A DNA stretch of 42,833 bases from positions 1 through 42,833 of the forward strand of contig JANLPS010000441.1 in NCBI GenBank assembly GCA_031367385.1, read 5' to 3'. The position numbers and the translations under genes were made by a program. The notes under the pieces are model-generated. The model saw only the letters and a list, made by a program, of their open reading frames with translations, ran no database searches and was not told the origin of the DNA. The stretch is from Archangium sp. (lineage in GTDB: Bacteria > Myxococcota > Myxococcia > Myxococcales > Myxococcaceae). Shown piece by piece: positions 8,234 to 17,048 of this stretch (its first letter is position 1; each line of letters starts with the position of its first letter).

Positions 8234-9253
8234 ATGCGTGCATTGACGGTGGTGATGGTCGCGTGGTCGGTGAGCGTGCTGGCGGCGGGCCCGAAGTCGG
8301 GGGCGCCCAAAGACCCGGAGTGGCTCGGCGAGCAGATGCCCTTGCCCCTGGCGGTGAAGACGCCTGAAGATCTGGCGTTCAAAGCGACCTCCGAGCGCCA
8401 GTATCTGATCTTCAACCTGCTCGCCGGCGGCAAGCTCGCGTGGGACCGAGGCGATTACCCGTTGGCGGCGAACCGCTGGGAGGCCTTGCTGCGATTGCCC
8501 AATTTGCCCGCCGAGCTCGACACGCAGATTCGACCCCTGGCCAAGGCCGCGCGCGAGCAAGCGCCGATGTCACTGGCGATGGCGTTGCCGGCGGCGCCTG
8601 AGAGCACCCCGGTCAGTAATGTGGTGTCGGTGCCAGAGGTCGATGCGAGCAAGCAGCTGGTGACGGTGAACGGCATGATCGCGGGCGGCGGCTCGAATGG
8701 CCCGGGGGGCGCGGTGATCGTGCTGCGGCGCGCCGAGGGCACCACGCCCAAGCCACGGCCGATGCGCATTCGGGCGATCATTCAGAAAGACAAACGCTTC
8801 ATTCCCCACGTGTTGGCGGTGCCGCTGGGAGCGACGGTCGAATTTCGCAATGACGACGAGATCTTTCACAACGTGTTCTCGCTCACGCCGCAGAACGACT
8901 TCGACCTGGGGCTGTACAAGAACGGTGCATCGAAGGAGCAGACCTTCGTGAACCCGGGGCCGGTGCATTTGCTGTGCAACATTCACTCGTCGATGAACGG
9001 GTATGTGTACGTGTCTGATTCGCCGTGGTTCACGCAGGCCGATGCGACCGGGCGGTTCTCGCTCAAGGGCGTGCCTGCAGGCAACTACACGGTCGAGGTG
9101 TGGCACGAGTGGTCGTCGAAGACGGTGAAGCGGGCCGTGCGGGTCATCGCGGGCATGGAGGAGCTGCAGATGTCGATCGACGGAGATCGCCGCGCGCCGG
9201 CCTTCGTGCCCGACAAGTCTGGCAAGCCCAGGCAGCCGCAGCTCGGCTACTAA
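8234..9253 (+). CDS. Secreted cupredoxin-domain protein (MauL-like) with a carboxypeptidase-regulatory-like beta domain
   Basis: Signal peptide (MRALTVVMVAWSVSVLA). Motifs QKDKRFIPHV, FRNDDEIFHNVF, CNIHSSM and DATGRFSLKGVPAGNYTVEVWHE. Alternative ATG at 8222. Confidence 0.85.
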   Translation: MRALTVVMVAWSVSVLAAGPKSGAPKDPEWLGEQMPLPLAVKTPEDLAFKATSERQYLIFNLLAGGKLAWDRGDYPLAANRWEALLRLPNLPAELDTQIRPLAKAAREQAPMSLAMALPAAPESTPVSNVVSVPEVDASKQLVTVNGMIAGGGSNGPGGAVIVLRRAEGTTPKPRPMRIRAIIQKDKRFIPHVLAVPLGATVEFRNDDEIFHNVFSLTPQNDFDLGLYKNGASKEQTFVNPGPVHLLCNIHSSMNGYVYVSDSPWFTQADATGRFSLKGVPAGNYTVEVWHEWSSKTVKRAVRVIAGMEELQMSIDGDRRAPAFVPDKSGKPRQPQLGY

Positions 9254-9257
9254 CGCC

Positions 9258-10619
9258 TTAGCTGCCTTCACCTGGTTGTGCGTCGAGCCATCGCTGCGAG
9301 AAGTCGGCGGCCGCACTGCCGGGGAAGGTGTTCACCACGTGGGCGAACCACTCCCGGGCCATCTCGGGAGAACCTGCTCGCTCGGCCAAGAAGCGCGCCC
9401 AAATCACCCTGGCCTCGGCTTGTTGTTTTGGCTCCCCGGGGCAACCAGCTGCGCGCTCGAGCAAGGGTTCGGCTTCGGTGTTGCGTTGATGGGCAGCGAG
9501 CAGGCGCCCGGCTTGAAGGTATTCACCAATCGCCAAGTCAGGCGGCGCCGTCGCTGCCAGACCCGCGAGCACCTCGACCTCTTTCGCCGCAAGCGCCTGC
9601 AAAAAGACCGTTCGGGGGTCGAGAGCGGGTTCGGTCGGCACCGGGGCGCCTCGCAGCCCGCTCGATGACGAAACCGAGAACACCGCTGACGGCGATGACC
9701 CTTGGCGTGGTGCAGGAGCCGTCTTCTCGACCCAGTGGCCCCGAGGTCGGGTGTCGCCCAATGCGGGCTCGTTCGCGTCGTCAGCGATGCCGCCGAAGGG
9801 TTCAGGGTGCAGCCGTACGACCAGCCCCGCCAAGCGCGCATAGGCCACCACTGGCCACAGCGCGATCAGCAGCGCCACGAATGGGCGCAGCAGCAACGGC
9901 ACGGTCTGTGAAGTCAACACCAGACTCGCGGGCACCGCCAAAGCGATGCCGGCCACCGCCAAGAGCCACGAGCTGACGATATAGGTGACCGCGTCTTGAC
10001 CCACCTGCCTGACGACATTCACCATGACCCACGGGTTCAACACTGCGAGCATGGGCGAATTGGTGGCCGCACCAATGAATGAAAAGGGCACCCAGACTAC
10101 CCCGACCACGTTGATGGCCAGCTGCGCCCACTGCGGCAAGTTCTCGCCGAAGATCGCCGGCGGCAACCAAATCGGTAGCATGGCCAGCAAGAAGCGAAAC
10201 ATCGGCAGAATGACATCGTCAAAAATCGAGGTGAACTGAACCTCGAAGAACGCCGACTCGCGAGTCGATGAGCGGACGACGGCGAACGCGGTCATCACGA
10301 TCACCGCGAGCGCCACCCATCGACCTCCGCAGACCAGGCTCGCTGCTGCTGCGCCTGCCGCCATCACGAGCCACGCCATGACCCCCGGCCATCGCACGGC
10401 GTACGTCAGCACGCCGGGCAACCGCTGGGCGAGCGACTGGCTCTCACGCTGACTGCGCATCAATGGTTGCGCGTGCCCACCGCACTCGAGGCACCGAATG
10501 ATCACGATCGGGTTCGCGATTTGCTCTGCCGCGCACGCAGGGCACAGCGGTCGCTGGCACTCCCCGCACCGCCAGCCCGCCGGCGCCCCATGGCGCGAAC
10601 ACCGCTCAGGTGAACCCAT
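9258..10619 (-). CDS. Membrane protein with an N-terminal Cys/His zinc-finger (B-box-like) and C-terminal TPR-like helices
   Basis: ORF 9258..10880, likely ATG at 10619. CSRH...CGEC...CPAC...CLEC motif, about 6 hydrophobic segments, and a C-terminal AREWFAHVVNTFPGS TPR-like end. Confidence 0.7.
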   Translation of the reverse strand: MGSPERCSRHGAPAGWRCGECQRPLCPACAAEQIANPIVIIRCLECGGHAQPLMRSQRESQSLAQRLPGVLTYAVRWPGVMAWLVMAAGAAAASLVCGGRWVALAVIVMTAFAVVRSSTRESAFFEVQFTSIFDDVILPMFRFLLAMLPIWLPPAIFGENLPQWAQLAINVVGVVWVPFSFIGAATNSPMLAVLNPWVMVNVVRQVGQDAVTYIVSSWLLAVAGIALAVPASLVLTSQTVPLLLRPFVALLIALWPVVAYARLAGLVVRLHPEPFGGIADDANEPALGDTRPRGHWVEKTAPAPRQGSSPSAVFSVSSSSGLRGAPVPTEPALDPRTVFLQALAAKEVEVLAGLAATAPPDLAIGEYLQAGRLLAAHQRNTEAEPLLERAAGCPGEPKQQAEARVIWARFLAERAGSPEMAREWFAHVVNTFPGSAAADFSQRWLDAQPGEGS

Positions 10620-10872
10620 TGTCGCCCCTCCAAGACGCGCCCGATGCCGAACGGCTGAGGGCTGTAATGACCTTGTACCCAAAGGCAACCACCTCGGCCC
10701 AACGGGCGCGTGATGCTCTTCGAAGCCCTCAGAATTCTGACACTTCTGCCCAAGCAATGGGCCATTTGAGGGGTCTGCCGAAGAACGCCGCCAGTGCACG
10801 ACCATCGGGCCCGCGCCGCCGAAGCATTGGCCACTTGCGCCCCGCTGCAGCATTGACATTATCCGCGCCGAA

Positions 10873-12387
10873 TTGACCAAACACTTCGGCTTCGTTCTCG
10901 TCGTGGTTTCGGTTTCTGCACTGGCCGCGTCAGACCCGAAGGCCTTGCGGTGGGGCGCCGACGCGCAGGGCGGTGCCCCCTACGTCTTTCAAGACCCGAT
11001 TGACCCGAACCGGCTCGTCGGCTTCGAGGTCGAGCTCGCGCAAGCCCTCGCCGCGCGCCTCGGCGTTCAGGCCAAACCCGTTCACGGCCAGTGGGACAAG
11101 CTGCTCGAGCTGCTCACCCGTGGCGACTTCGACGTGGCGATCAACGGCATCGAGGTCGCCGACGAGAAGAAGCGCATCGTGCTGCTCTCGCACCCCTACT
11201 TCGTCGCACCCGAAGTGCTCACCATTCGCCGCAACGACCCGAAGGCTCCGCGCACCCTGGCCGAGCTCAAGGGCCGGCTGGTCGGCACCCTCCCCAGCTC
11301 GATGGGCGAGCGAATCGCCACCGGCGCCGGCGCCGAAGTTCGCACCTACGAGGGCGGGCAAGATCAGGTCTACGACGACTTGAAGGCCGGCCGCACCGAC
11401 GCGGTGCTGCTCGACGCTCCCATCTCGCACTACTACGGCGACATCGAAGACTCGCTTGAGTCGATTCACGGCGAGTTCGGCTCGGTCACCTACGCGATGG
11501 CCTTTCGCCTCGACGACCAGCCCCGGGTCGACCAGCTCAACGCCGCGCTCGACGGCCTGATCAAAGACGGCACCGCGCGCGCCATCTTCGAGAAGTGGGG
11601 CGTGTGGAACGAGGCGACCGCCGCGCTCTTCGGCGACCCCTCGAGCCACCTCGCCGAAGCCACCGAGTTCGAGCGCTGGCGGGCCGCGGTTGGCAAGCTG
11701 CCCCCGTTCTGGGAGCGCGTTCGCACCCGCTATCCCTCCTTCGTTCCACTCTTTCTCAAGGGCGCCGGGCTGACCCTGCTCGTCTCGCTCTGCGCGATGG
11801 CGCTCGCGATTCTGCTCGGCGTCAGCATGGCGATGGCGAGGCGCTATGGCCCCGCTCCGGTTCGGGCCCTGGCCCTCGCCTACATCGAGTTCTTTCGCGG
11901 CACGCCGCTGCTGATTCAGCTCACGATGCTCTACTTCGGGCTCCCCGAGCTGGGCGTGCGCCTCGACCCATTTCTCGCCGGAGTGGTCGCGCTGGGCCTC
12001 AACTACGCCGCCGCTGAGGCCGAGAACTACCGCGCCGGGCTCGAGAGCGTGCACCGCGGTCAGCTCGAGGCGGCCACCGTGCTCGGGCTCTCGCGTTGGC
12101 AAACCCTGCGCTTCGTGGTGGGGCCGCAGGCGCTGCGAATCTCGATACCTCCGATGACCAACGACTTCATCGCGCTGCTCAAAGACAGCTCGCTGGTCTC
12201 GTTGGTCACCTTGACCGAGCTGACCAAGACCTACACCAGCCTCGCGGCCTCGACGCGCGACCACCTGGGCTTGGGAGTGCTGGTCGCCATCAGCTACCTG
12301 CTCATCGGGTTGCCTTTCGCGCAATTGGCGAGGCTGGCCGAGCGCTACTTCGGCCGGCACCTCTCGCCCAATGGAGGTGCGAAGTGA
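10873..12387 (+). CDS. Polar amino-acid ABC transporter, fused substrate-binding protein/permease
   Basis: SBP family-3 motifs (GFEVELA, GDFDVAING), then permease motifs FFRGTPLLIQL, EAA loop (GQLEAATVLGLS) and LLKDSSLVS. Confidence 0.92.
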   Translation: MTKHFGFVLVVVSVSALAASDPKALRWGADAQGGAPYVFQDPIDPNRLVGFEVELAQALAARLGVQAKPVHGQWDKLLELLTRGDFDVAINGIEVADEKKRIVLLSHPYFVAPEVLTIRRNDPKAPRTLAELKGRLVGTLPSSMGERIATGAGAEVRTYEGGQDQVYDDLKAGRTDAVLLDAPISHYYGDIEDSLESIHGEFGSVTYAMAFRLDDQPRVDQLNAALDGLIKDGTARAIFEKWGVWNEATAALFGDPSSHLAEATEFERWRAAVGKLPPFWERVRTRYPSFVPLFLKGAGLTLLVSLCAMALAILLGVSMAMARRYGPAPVRALALAYIEFFRGTPLLIQLTMLYFGLPELGVRLDPFLAGVVALGLNYAAAEAENYRAGLESVHRGQLEAATVLGLSRWQTLRFVVGPQALRISIPPMTNDFIALLKDSSLVSLVTLTELTKTYTSLAASTRDHLGLGVLVAISYLLIGLPFAQLARLAERYFGRHLSPNGGAK

Positions 12388-13145
12388 CGACGCTGCGAGT
12401 CTCGAACCTGGTGCGGCACTACCCCGGCAACCCCGAGCCCACGTTGCGGGGGCTCTCGTTCAGCCTCGAGGCGGGCACGCTCACCGCATTGCTCGGCCGC
12501 AGCGGCGCGGGCAAGTCGACGATGCTCAGGTGCATCATGGGCCTCGAGCCGTTCGAGAAGGGCACCATCGAGGTCGATGGCGTCACCGTTCGCGGCACGC
12601 AAGAGACCAGCGAGAAAGAACGCGCCGAGTCGCTCGGCGAGGCGCGCAAGAAGCTGGGCCTGGTCTTTCAATCGTTCGAGCTCTTCCCCCACCTGACGGC
12701 GCTCGAGAATTGCGTGTTGGCGCAGATGAAGGTGAAGCACCGCAGCCGCGCCAAGGCTGAAGACTTCGCACGCGCGTTGCTCACCCAGCTCGGGCTCGAG
12801 GCGAGGCTGATGGCGTACCCTGAGCAGCTCTCGGGGGGTCAGAAACAGCGGGTGGCGATCGCGCGCGCACTGGCGATGGAGCCGCGGGTGCTGCTCTACG
12901 ATGAGCCGACCAGCGCGCTCGACCCGACGATGAAGAACGAGGTGCTCCAGGCGCTCAAGCGCGTCGACGCGACGGGCGTGACTCAGGTGGTGGTGACGCA
13001 CGACCTGCAACTCGCGAAGGGCGTCGAGCATGTCTGCGTGCTTGACCACGGCACCGTCATCGAAGAGGGCAAACCCGAGCAGGTGCTCACCGCGCCGCAG
13101 CACGACTCGACGCGAACGCTGCTCAAGAGCTGGCTCGACCACTGA
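12384..13145 (+). CDS. Amino-acid ABC transporter ATP-binding protein (GlnQ-like)
   Basis: GTG at 12384 after GGAGG. Walker A GRSGAGKST, signature LSGGQKQRVAIARAL, Walker B LLYDEPTSALD, H-loop VTHD. Confidence 0.93.
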   Translation: MTTLRVSNLVRHYPGNPEPTLRGLSFSLEAGTLTALLGRSGAGKSTMLRCIMGLEPFEKGTIEVDGVTVRGTQETSEKERAESLGEARKKLGLVFQSFELFPHLTALENCVLAQMKVKHRSRAKAEDFARALLTQLGLEARLMAYPEQLSGGQKQRVAIARALAMEPRVLLYDEPTSALDPTMKNEVLQALKRVDATGVTQVVVTHDLQLAKGVEHVCVLDHGTVIEEGKPEQVLTAPQHDSTRTLLKSWLDH

Positions 13146-15090
13146 CCGACGGCAAAGCGCAGCGGCGGTCACGGCGTTTGCGACTTCGGTACCACCACCA
13201 CACCGCGGCGAAGAGCACCGGCGCATCGCTCGCCTCGGCACAGGCGCAGCCGATCTTCAGGGGGCGCTGACCGGGGCATTCGACCAGTATGTCGATGGTT
13301 TGCCGGGCCTGACCAACGGTGTCGGCGGCGATGAGCTCAAAGCGCCAGTCGCTCGTTTGATTGGCCGTCGGCAACCATGTGAGCGCGCCCGAAGTCGGGT
13401 CGACGCTCATCGTGGGTGGCGCATCGCCTTCGATTGAAAACGTCACTTCTCCGACAGCGCCTTCGAGCGTGGGCACTCCGGCGCGCGCGTAATGGTACGC
13501 ACTCCCGCAGACCGCCGTATCTCGCGGGGCCGAGGTGAAACGCAGCCCGGTCAGGCCCGCGGCCGCCAAGACCTGAACGAGCGGCGCCCGGCCGCTCTCG
13601 ATGCCAGCCACCCGGTTCGAGACGGTGATGAAGTGAACCCCCGGCAGCAGCTCGGGAGCCGGCGCCACTGAGAAGCGGCCATCGGGCGCCGCCACTGCTT
13701 CACCTCGACGCAGCCCATCGACATAGAGCTGCACCATCGAATTGGCGAGGGCCGTGCCTCGCACCATCGGCGTCAGTGACACCGTGGCGCCAGCCATCGG
13801 GGTCTCGATGGTCGGGGTGGAGGGCCCGTCGAGACCCATCGAGCTGACCACCACCAGACCTTGGCCGCCGCGCCCCCCTGAATTGGGAATGCGGGCGCCG
13901 CCTTCTGCGCTTGCAGGGCAGGTGATGGCAGCGCCTTGCAGCCACACCAGGCCGCCACCGCCGCCTCCTCCGTTGAAGGCCGTGGCGCCGAGTGCAGCGG
14001 AGTTGCCGGCGCCGCCTTCTGCTGAAGCCGACCCGCACTGCAAGTCAGTCTGAGCCCGAAGGATGACGGCGCCACCACCGCCGCCGCCGCTGACGCCGGT
14101 GCCTTGGTTGTTCGGCCAAATGCGGTTGCCGCTGCCGCGGGCCTCGAAGGTGCCGGCGCCGAGCACCGACTTGGCTCGAACCCAGACGACGCCACCGCCC
14201 GAGAGGCCGTCGGCTTGGTACTGGTAAACGGCCTTGTCGTTCCACCCGGCGCCGCTGCCGCCGCCGATGATCAGACGCTGGCTCGGGTCGTAGGTGACTG
14301 GCCAGCCACCGGCACCTCCCGCGGTCGTTGAGGTCGTCGAGCCACCTCCGCGCCCGCCTGCGCCCCAGTGCGCGCCGCCGCCGCCCCCCGACCAAGCGCA
14401 GACGCCGCCGCCCCCGCCGGTCAGCCCGGCGGCTTGGCCTCCGCCGTCGAAGCCTGCGAATGATTCGCCGCGCGGTGCTCCCAAGGGCGCCGGGAGCTCG
14501 TCGCCCTGGCAGCCGTCTTGAAATGCGTTCGCGGTGGTGGTCGCACCTCGAAACCCTTGCCCGCTGGCGGTGATGACTCCGTCGTTCTGGATCGCGCCTG
14601 CGACGAGAACGGCGGTGAGCCCACCTGTGACGCCGTCCCACGGGGCGGTGAGAATCGAGTGGCCTGGCGGAATCGTCAGCGCGCTGTACTCGGGTACGAA
14701 AACCGCTTGAGTGCCACCTGGCACCGCGTGCAGCAACGGCTCGGTGAAGACGAGCTCTGCGCCTTCAACTGCAGCGACGCGCACGAGCTCGAATTGACCG
14801 ACGGGCGAGCCCGAGACGTCAATGACTCCGGCATCGTTGACGGCGAGCCCCACCGGGGCGGGCATCTGCCACAGCATGACCAAATCACCCGGTGCGGCGA
14901 TGGCCATGCTGACCTGAATTCGGAGTGCACCGGCCGCAGCCGCGGCTTGCACTGACCCGAACCGGTTGACGACTCGGTCTGCGCTGATGACGACGGCTCC
15001 GGCATGGCCATCTCCAAAGGGGGCGGTGTCGGCTCCACCTCGCGCCACGCCAGAAAGCAGAACGAGCACCACCCACAGAGAACGCTTCAC
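13123..15090 (-). CDS. AgmC-like Gly-rich surface protein with Ig-like domains and a MYXO-CTERM-like sorting signal
   Basis: Likely GTG at 15090 after GAGGT. Motifs FGDGHAG, GDLVMLWQ, VGQFELVRV, VPEYSALTI and WDGVTGG, Gly-rich repeats, Ig-like segments (VDPTSGALTWLP), and C-terminal GCAC...VLFAAVWWWYRSRKRR. Confidence 0.7.
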   Translation of the reverse strand: MKRSLWVVLVLLSGVARGGADTAPFGDGHAGAVVISADRVVNRFGSVQAAAAAGALRIQVSMAIAAPGDLVMLWQMPAPVGLAVNDAGVIDVSGSPVGQFELVRVAAVEGAELVFTEPLLHAVPGGTQAVFVPEYSALTIPPGHSILTAPWDGVTGGLTAVLVAGAIQNDGVITASGQGFRGATTTANAFQDGCQGDELPAPLGAPRGESFAGFDGGGQAAGLTGGGGGVCAWSGGGGGAHWGAGGRGGGSTTSTTAGGAGGWPVTYDPSQRLIIGGGSGAGWNDKAVYQYQADGLSGGGVVWVRAKSVLGAGTFEARGSGNRIWPNNQGTGVSGGGGGGAVILRAQTDLQCGSASAEGGAGNSAALGATAFNGGGGGGGLVWLQGAAITCPASAEGGARIPNSGGRGGQGLVVVSSMGLDGPSTPTIETPMAGATVSLTPMVRGTALANSMVQLYVDGLRRGEAVAAPDGRFSVAPAPELLPGVHFITVSNRVAGIESGRAPLVQVLAAAGLTGLRFTSAPRDTAVCGSAYHYARAGVPTLEGAVGEVTFSIEGDAPPTMSVDPTSGALTWLPTANQTSDWRFELIAADTVGQARQTIDILVECPGQRPLKIGCACAEASDAPVLFAAVWWWYRSRKRRDRRCALPSVSGRASS

Positions 15091-15175
15091 GCACCTCATC
15101 ATCTCACAAGGCAACGCCCCGTCCGCTTCCTATACCCGGTAAAGCTTCTCAGCCGAGGCCTGATAGACCTGCGGC

Positions 15176-15991
15176 GTGCTCTACCGCTGGCCCACTCCGC
15201 TGATACCCGGCCGCCTGGTACGCCGCTACGAGCGCTTCATCGCCGACATCGCGCTCGACTCAGGCGAAACGGTTCGCGCCCACTGCGTGAACCCGGGCCG
15301 AATGGAAGGCCTCGTCATCGCCGGGGCGCGGGTGTGGGTCAGCGAGAGCCCGAACGCCACCCGCAGCCTTCGCTACACCTGGGAGCTGATCGAGCTCGAA
15401 GGCCGCCTCATCGGCACCAACACCGGTCTGCCCAACCGCCTCATCGGCCTCGCCCTGGCCGCGGGGCGCATCAGTGGGCTGTGCGACGTCGAAGCGATCA
15501 CCCCGGAGCAACCCCTGGGCCGAAACCACCGCGTCGACTTCGTGCTCACCCGACCCGGTGGCCCGCACCTGGTCGAGGTGAAGAACTGCCACCTCGTCTA
15601 CGCCGACGGCTGGGGCTATTTCCCCGACTCCAACAGTGAGCGCGCGGTGAAGCACGTCGAGGCCCTCACCCGGGTCATCAAGCGCGGAGGCCGCGCCAGC
15701 GTCTACTTCACCGTGCAGCGCGACGACGCCCGCGGCGTGCGACCCAGCGCCCTGCACGCGCCCGACTTCGCCCGGGCCTTGCGCCGCGCCACTACCGCCG
15801 GCCTTCAAGTGCGCGCCTTTCAATTCACCCCCTCACTCGAGGGCCTCGACTTCGGCGGCGAGCTCGCCGTCGACGTCGCCCCGTATGACCTGGAGCCGAT
15901 TCGCGCCTGGGCCCAGGCCCTCGAAGCGACCACCGGGTGGGTTCGCAAGAATGGCCGCTGGTCGGGTCAAACCCTCGGAGGCTCGAGCTGA
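15176..15991 (+). CDS. sfsA: DNA/RNA nuclease SfsA (sugar fermentation stimulation protein)
   Basis: RRYERFIADI, AHCVNPGRM, NTGLPN, RVDF, VEVKN and FPD...RAVKHVEAL motifs. Confidence 0.92.
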   Translation: MLYRWPTPLIPGRLVRRYERFIADIALDSGETVRAHCVNPGRMEGLVIAGARVWVSESPNATRSLRYTWELIELEGRLIGTNTGLPNRLIGLALAAGRISGLCDVEAITPEQPLGRNHRVDFVLTRPGGPHLVEVKNCHLVYADGWGYFPDSNSERAVKHVEALTRVIKRGGRASVYFTVQRDDARGVRPSALHAPDFARALRRATTAGLQVRAFQFTPSLEGLDFGGELAVDVAPYDLEPIRAWAQALEATTGWVRKNGRWSGQTLGGSS

Positions 15992-16635
15992 CTGAGCAGC
16001 AACTTCGGGTGCTCGTGATGCGCCAGGTGCAACACGAAGCTCTGCACCAACAGACTGTGGGTCCACATCAGGTGCTGGGCGACGACCCGCAGCCACTGCG
16101 GCGGGCGATGGGTCAGGTGCGAGGCCCAGACGCCAGCGGTCACCTGCATCACCAGGTTCGAGAGCACCCAGGCCGCCAACGGCACGCAGTGACTCGCCAG
16201 GGCCGCAGCCGCCAACGCCAGCCCCACCACGGTCTCGCCGACCTGCCACACACGCTCGCGGTGATTCGCCGAGCGCAACGCGTTCAAGCGGTACTGCGCG
16301 AAGTTGAGAGGCCCCATCGCGAGCGCGCTCCAGAACGAGCGGCGGGCCCCGTCGCCCTCGACATCGTCGTCGGCCATCGGCCGCGCGTGGTGCCGTTGGT
16401 GCATCAGCCGCATGCCGTGGCCGCTCACGCCGATGAGCACGCCGCAGATGGCGAGCAGCCACTCATTGACCCGCCGAGGCAGCCGCAGCGCGCCGTGCAC
16501 GAGGTCATGGGTCAGTGCGAAACCGACCAGGTGAAACCCGATGCCCAGCGCAAACGCCAGCACCGGAGACCGGCACACCAGCAGCAGCGCCGCCATCAGC
16601 GCCAACCGACCACCATGTTGCAGCAGGGCTTTCAT
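15967..16635 (-). CDS. Fatty-acid desaturase family membrane protein
   Basis: His boxes HDLVH, HQRHH, HLTH and HLAHHEHP separated by hydrophobic segments. Confidence 0.85.
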   Translation of the reverse strand: MKALLQHGGRLALMAALLLVCRSPVLAFALGIGFHLVGFALTHDLVHGALRLPRRVNEWLLAICGVLIGVSGHGMRLMHQRHHARPMADDDVEGDGARRSFWSALAMGPLNFAQYRLNALRSANHRERVWQVGETVVGLALAAAALASHCVPLAAWVLSNLVMQVTAGVWASHLTHRPPQWLRVVAQHLMWTHSLLVQSFVLHLAHHEHPKLLLSQLEPPRV

Positions 16636-16672
16636 GCCCTCGAATACCGAAAGCCCCAGCCCCGGTTGCGCG

Positions 16673-16743
16673 AAAAAGGGGACAGGCTGGTTTTCGCCAG
16701 GCTTGACCGGGCCCGACGCCGAAAACCAGCCTGTCCCCTTTTT
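16673..16743. repeat. Perfect 24-bp inverted repeat (REP/MITE-like hairpin or bidirectional terminator)
   Basis: AAAAAGGGGACAGGCTGGTTTTCG (16673-16696), 23-nt loop, CGAAAACCAGCCTGTCCCCTTTTT (16720-16743). Confidence 0.9.
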
Positions 16744-16752
16744 TGCTTCCCG

Positions 16753-17031
16753 TTATCTCGGGCGTTTGAAGCACAGCAACGTCGCGCCGCCGCCGACCGA
16801 GTCACCCTTGGCGACCACCGGAGGCCGAAACGCCGCCGAGACCAGCTCCCACCCCTCGGCCGAGGCCCGGTCGAGCTCGCTGGGCTTGGGCACCCCTTCG
16901 ACGTCGAGGCACCAGTGCTCCCAGCGCGCCGACGGAGCATCGGCCCGCGCCGGCGGCACCTGAATGACCGACGTCGCCACACACCCCGCGATGAATGCCA
17001 CCATCGCCAACCACACAGGCTTGCCTCTCAT
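16753..17031 (-). CDS. Small exported protein/lipoprotein (DUF4177-like)
   Basis: ATG at 17031, MRGKPVWLAMVAFIAGC; motifs RWEHWC, EGWELVS and LCFKRP. Confidence 0.7.
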   Translation of the reverse strand: MRGKPVWLAMVAFIAGCVATSVIQVPPARADAPSARWEHWCLDVEGVPKPSELDRASAEGWELVSAAFRPPVVAKGDSVGGGATLLCFKRPR

Positions 17032-17048
17032 CGCAGACCTCTCAGAGC

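Noticed and set aside
10930..12360. Long antisense or alternate-frame ORFs (this one, and e.g. 1764-3005, 17657-19075, 23183-24673, 28488-29939, 29982-31196, 31849-33693, 37009-38130)
   Set aside because: They overlap well-supported genes, have no recognisable motifs, and are expected in high-GC DNA with few off-frame stops.
15176..16635. SfsA nuclease as part of a defence system; 25-bp tail-to-tail overlap with the desaturase
   Set aside because: SfsA is a widespread stand-alone gene with no methylase, ATPase or toxin partner here, and short convergent overlaps are common.
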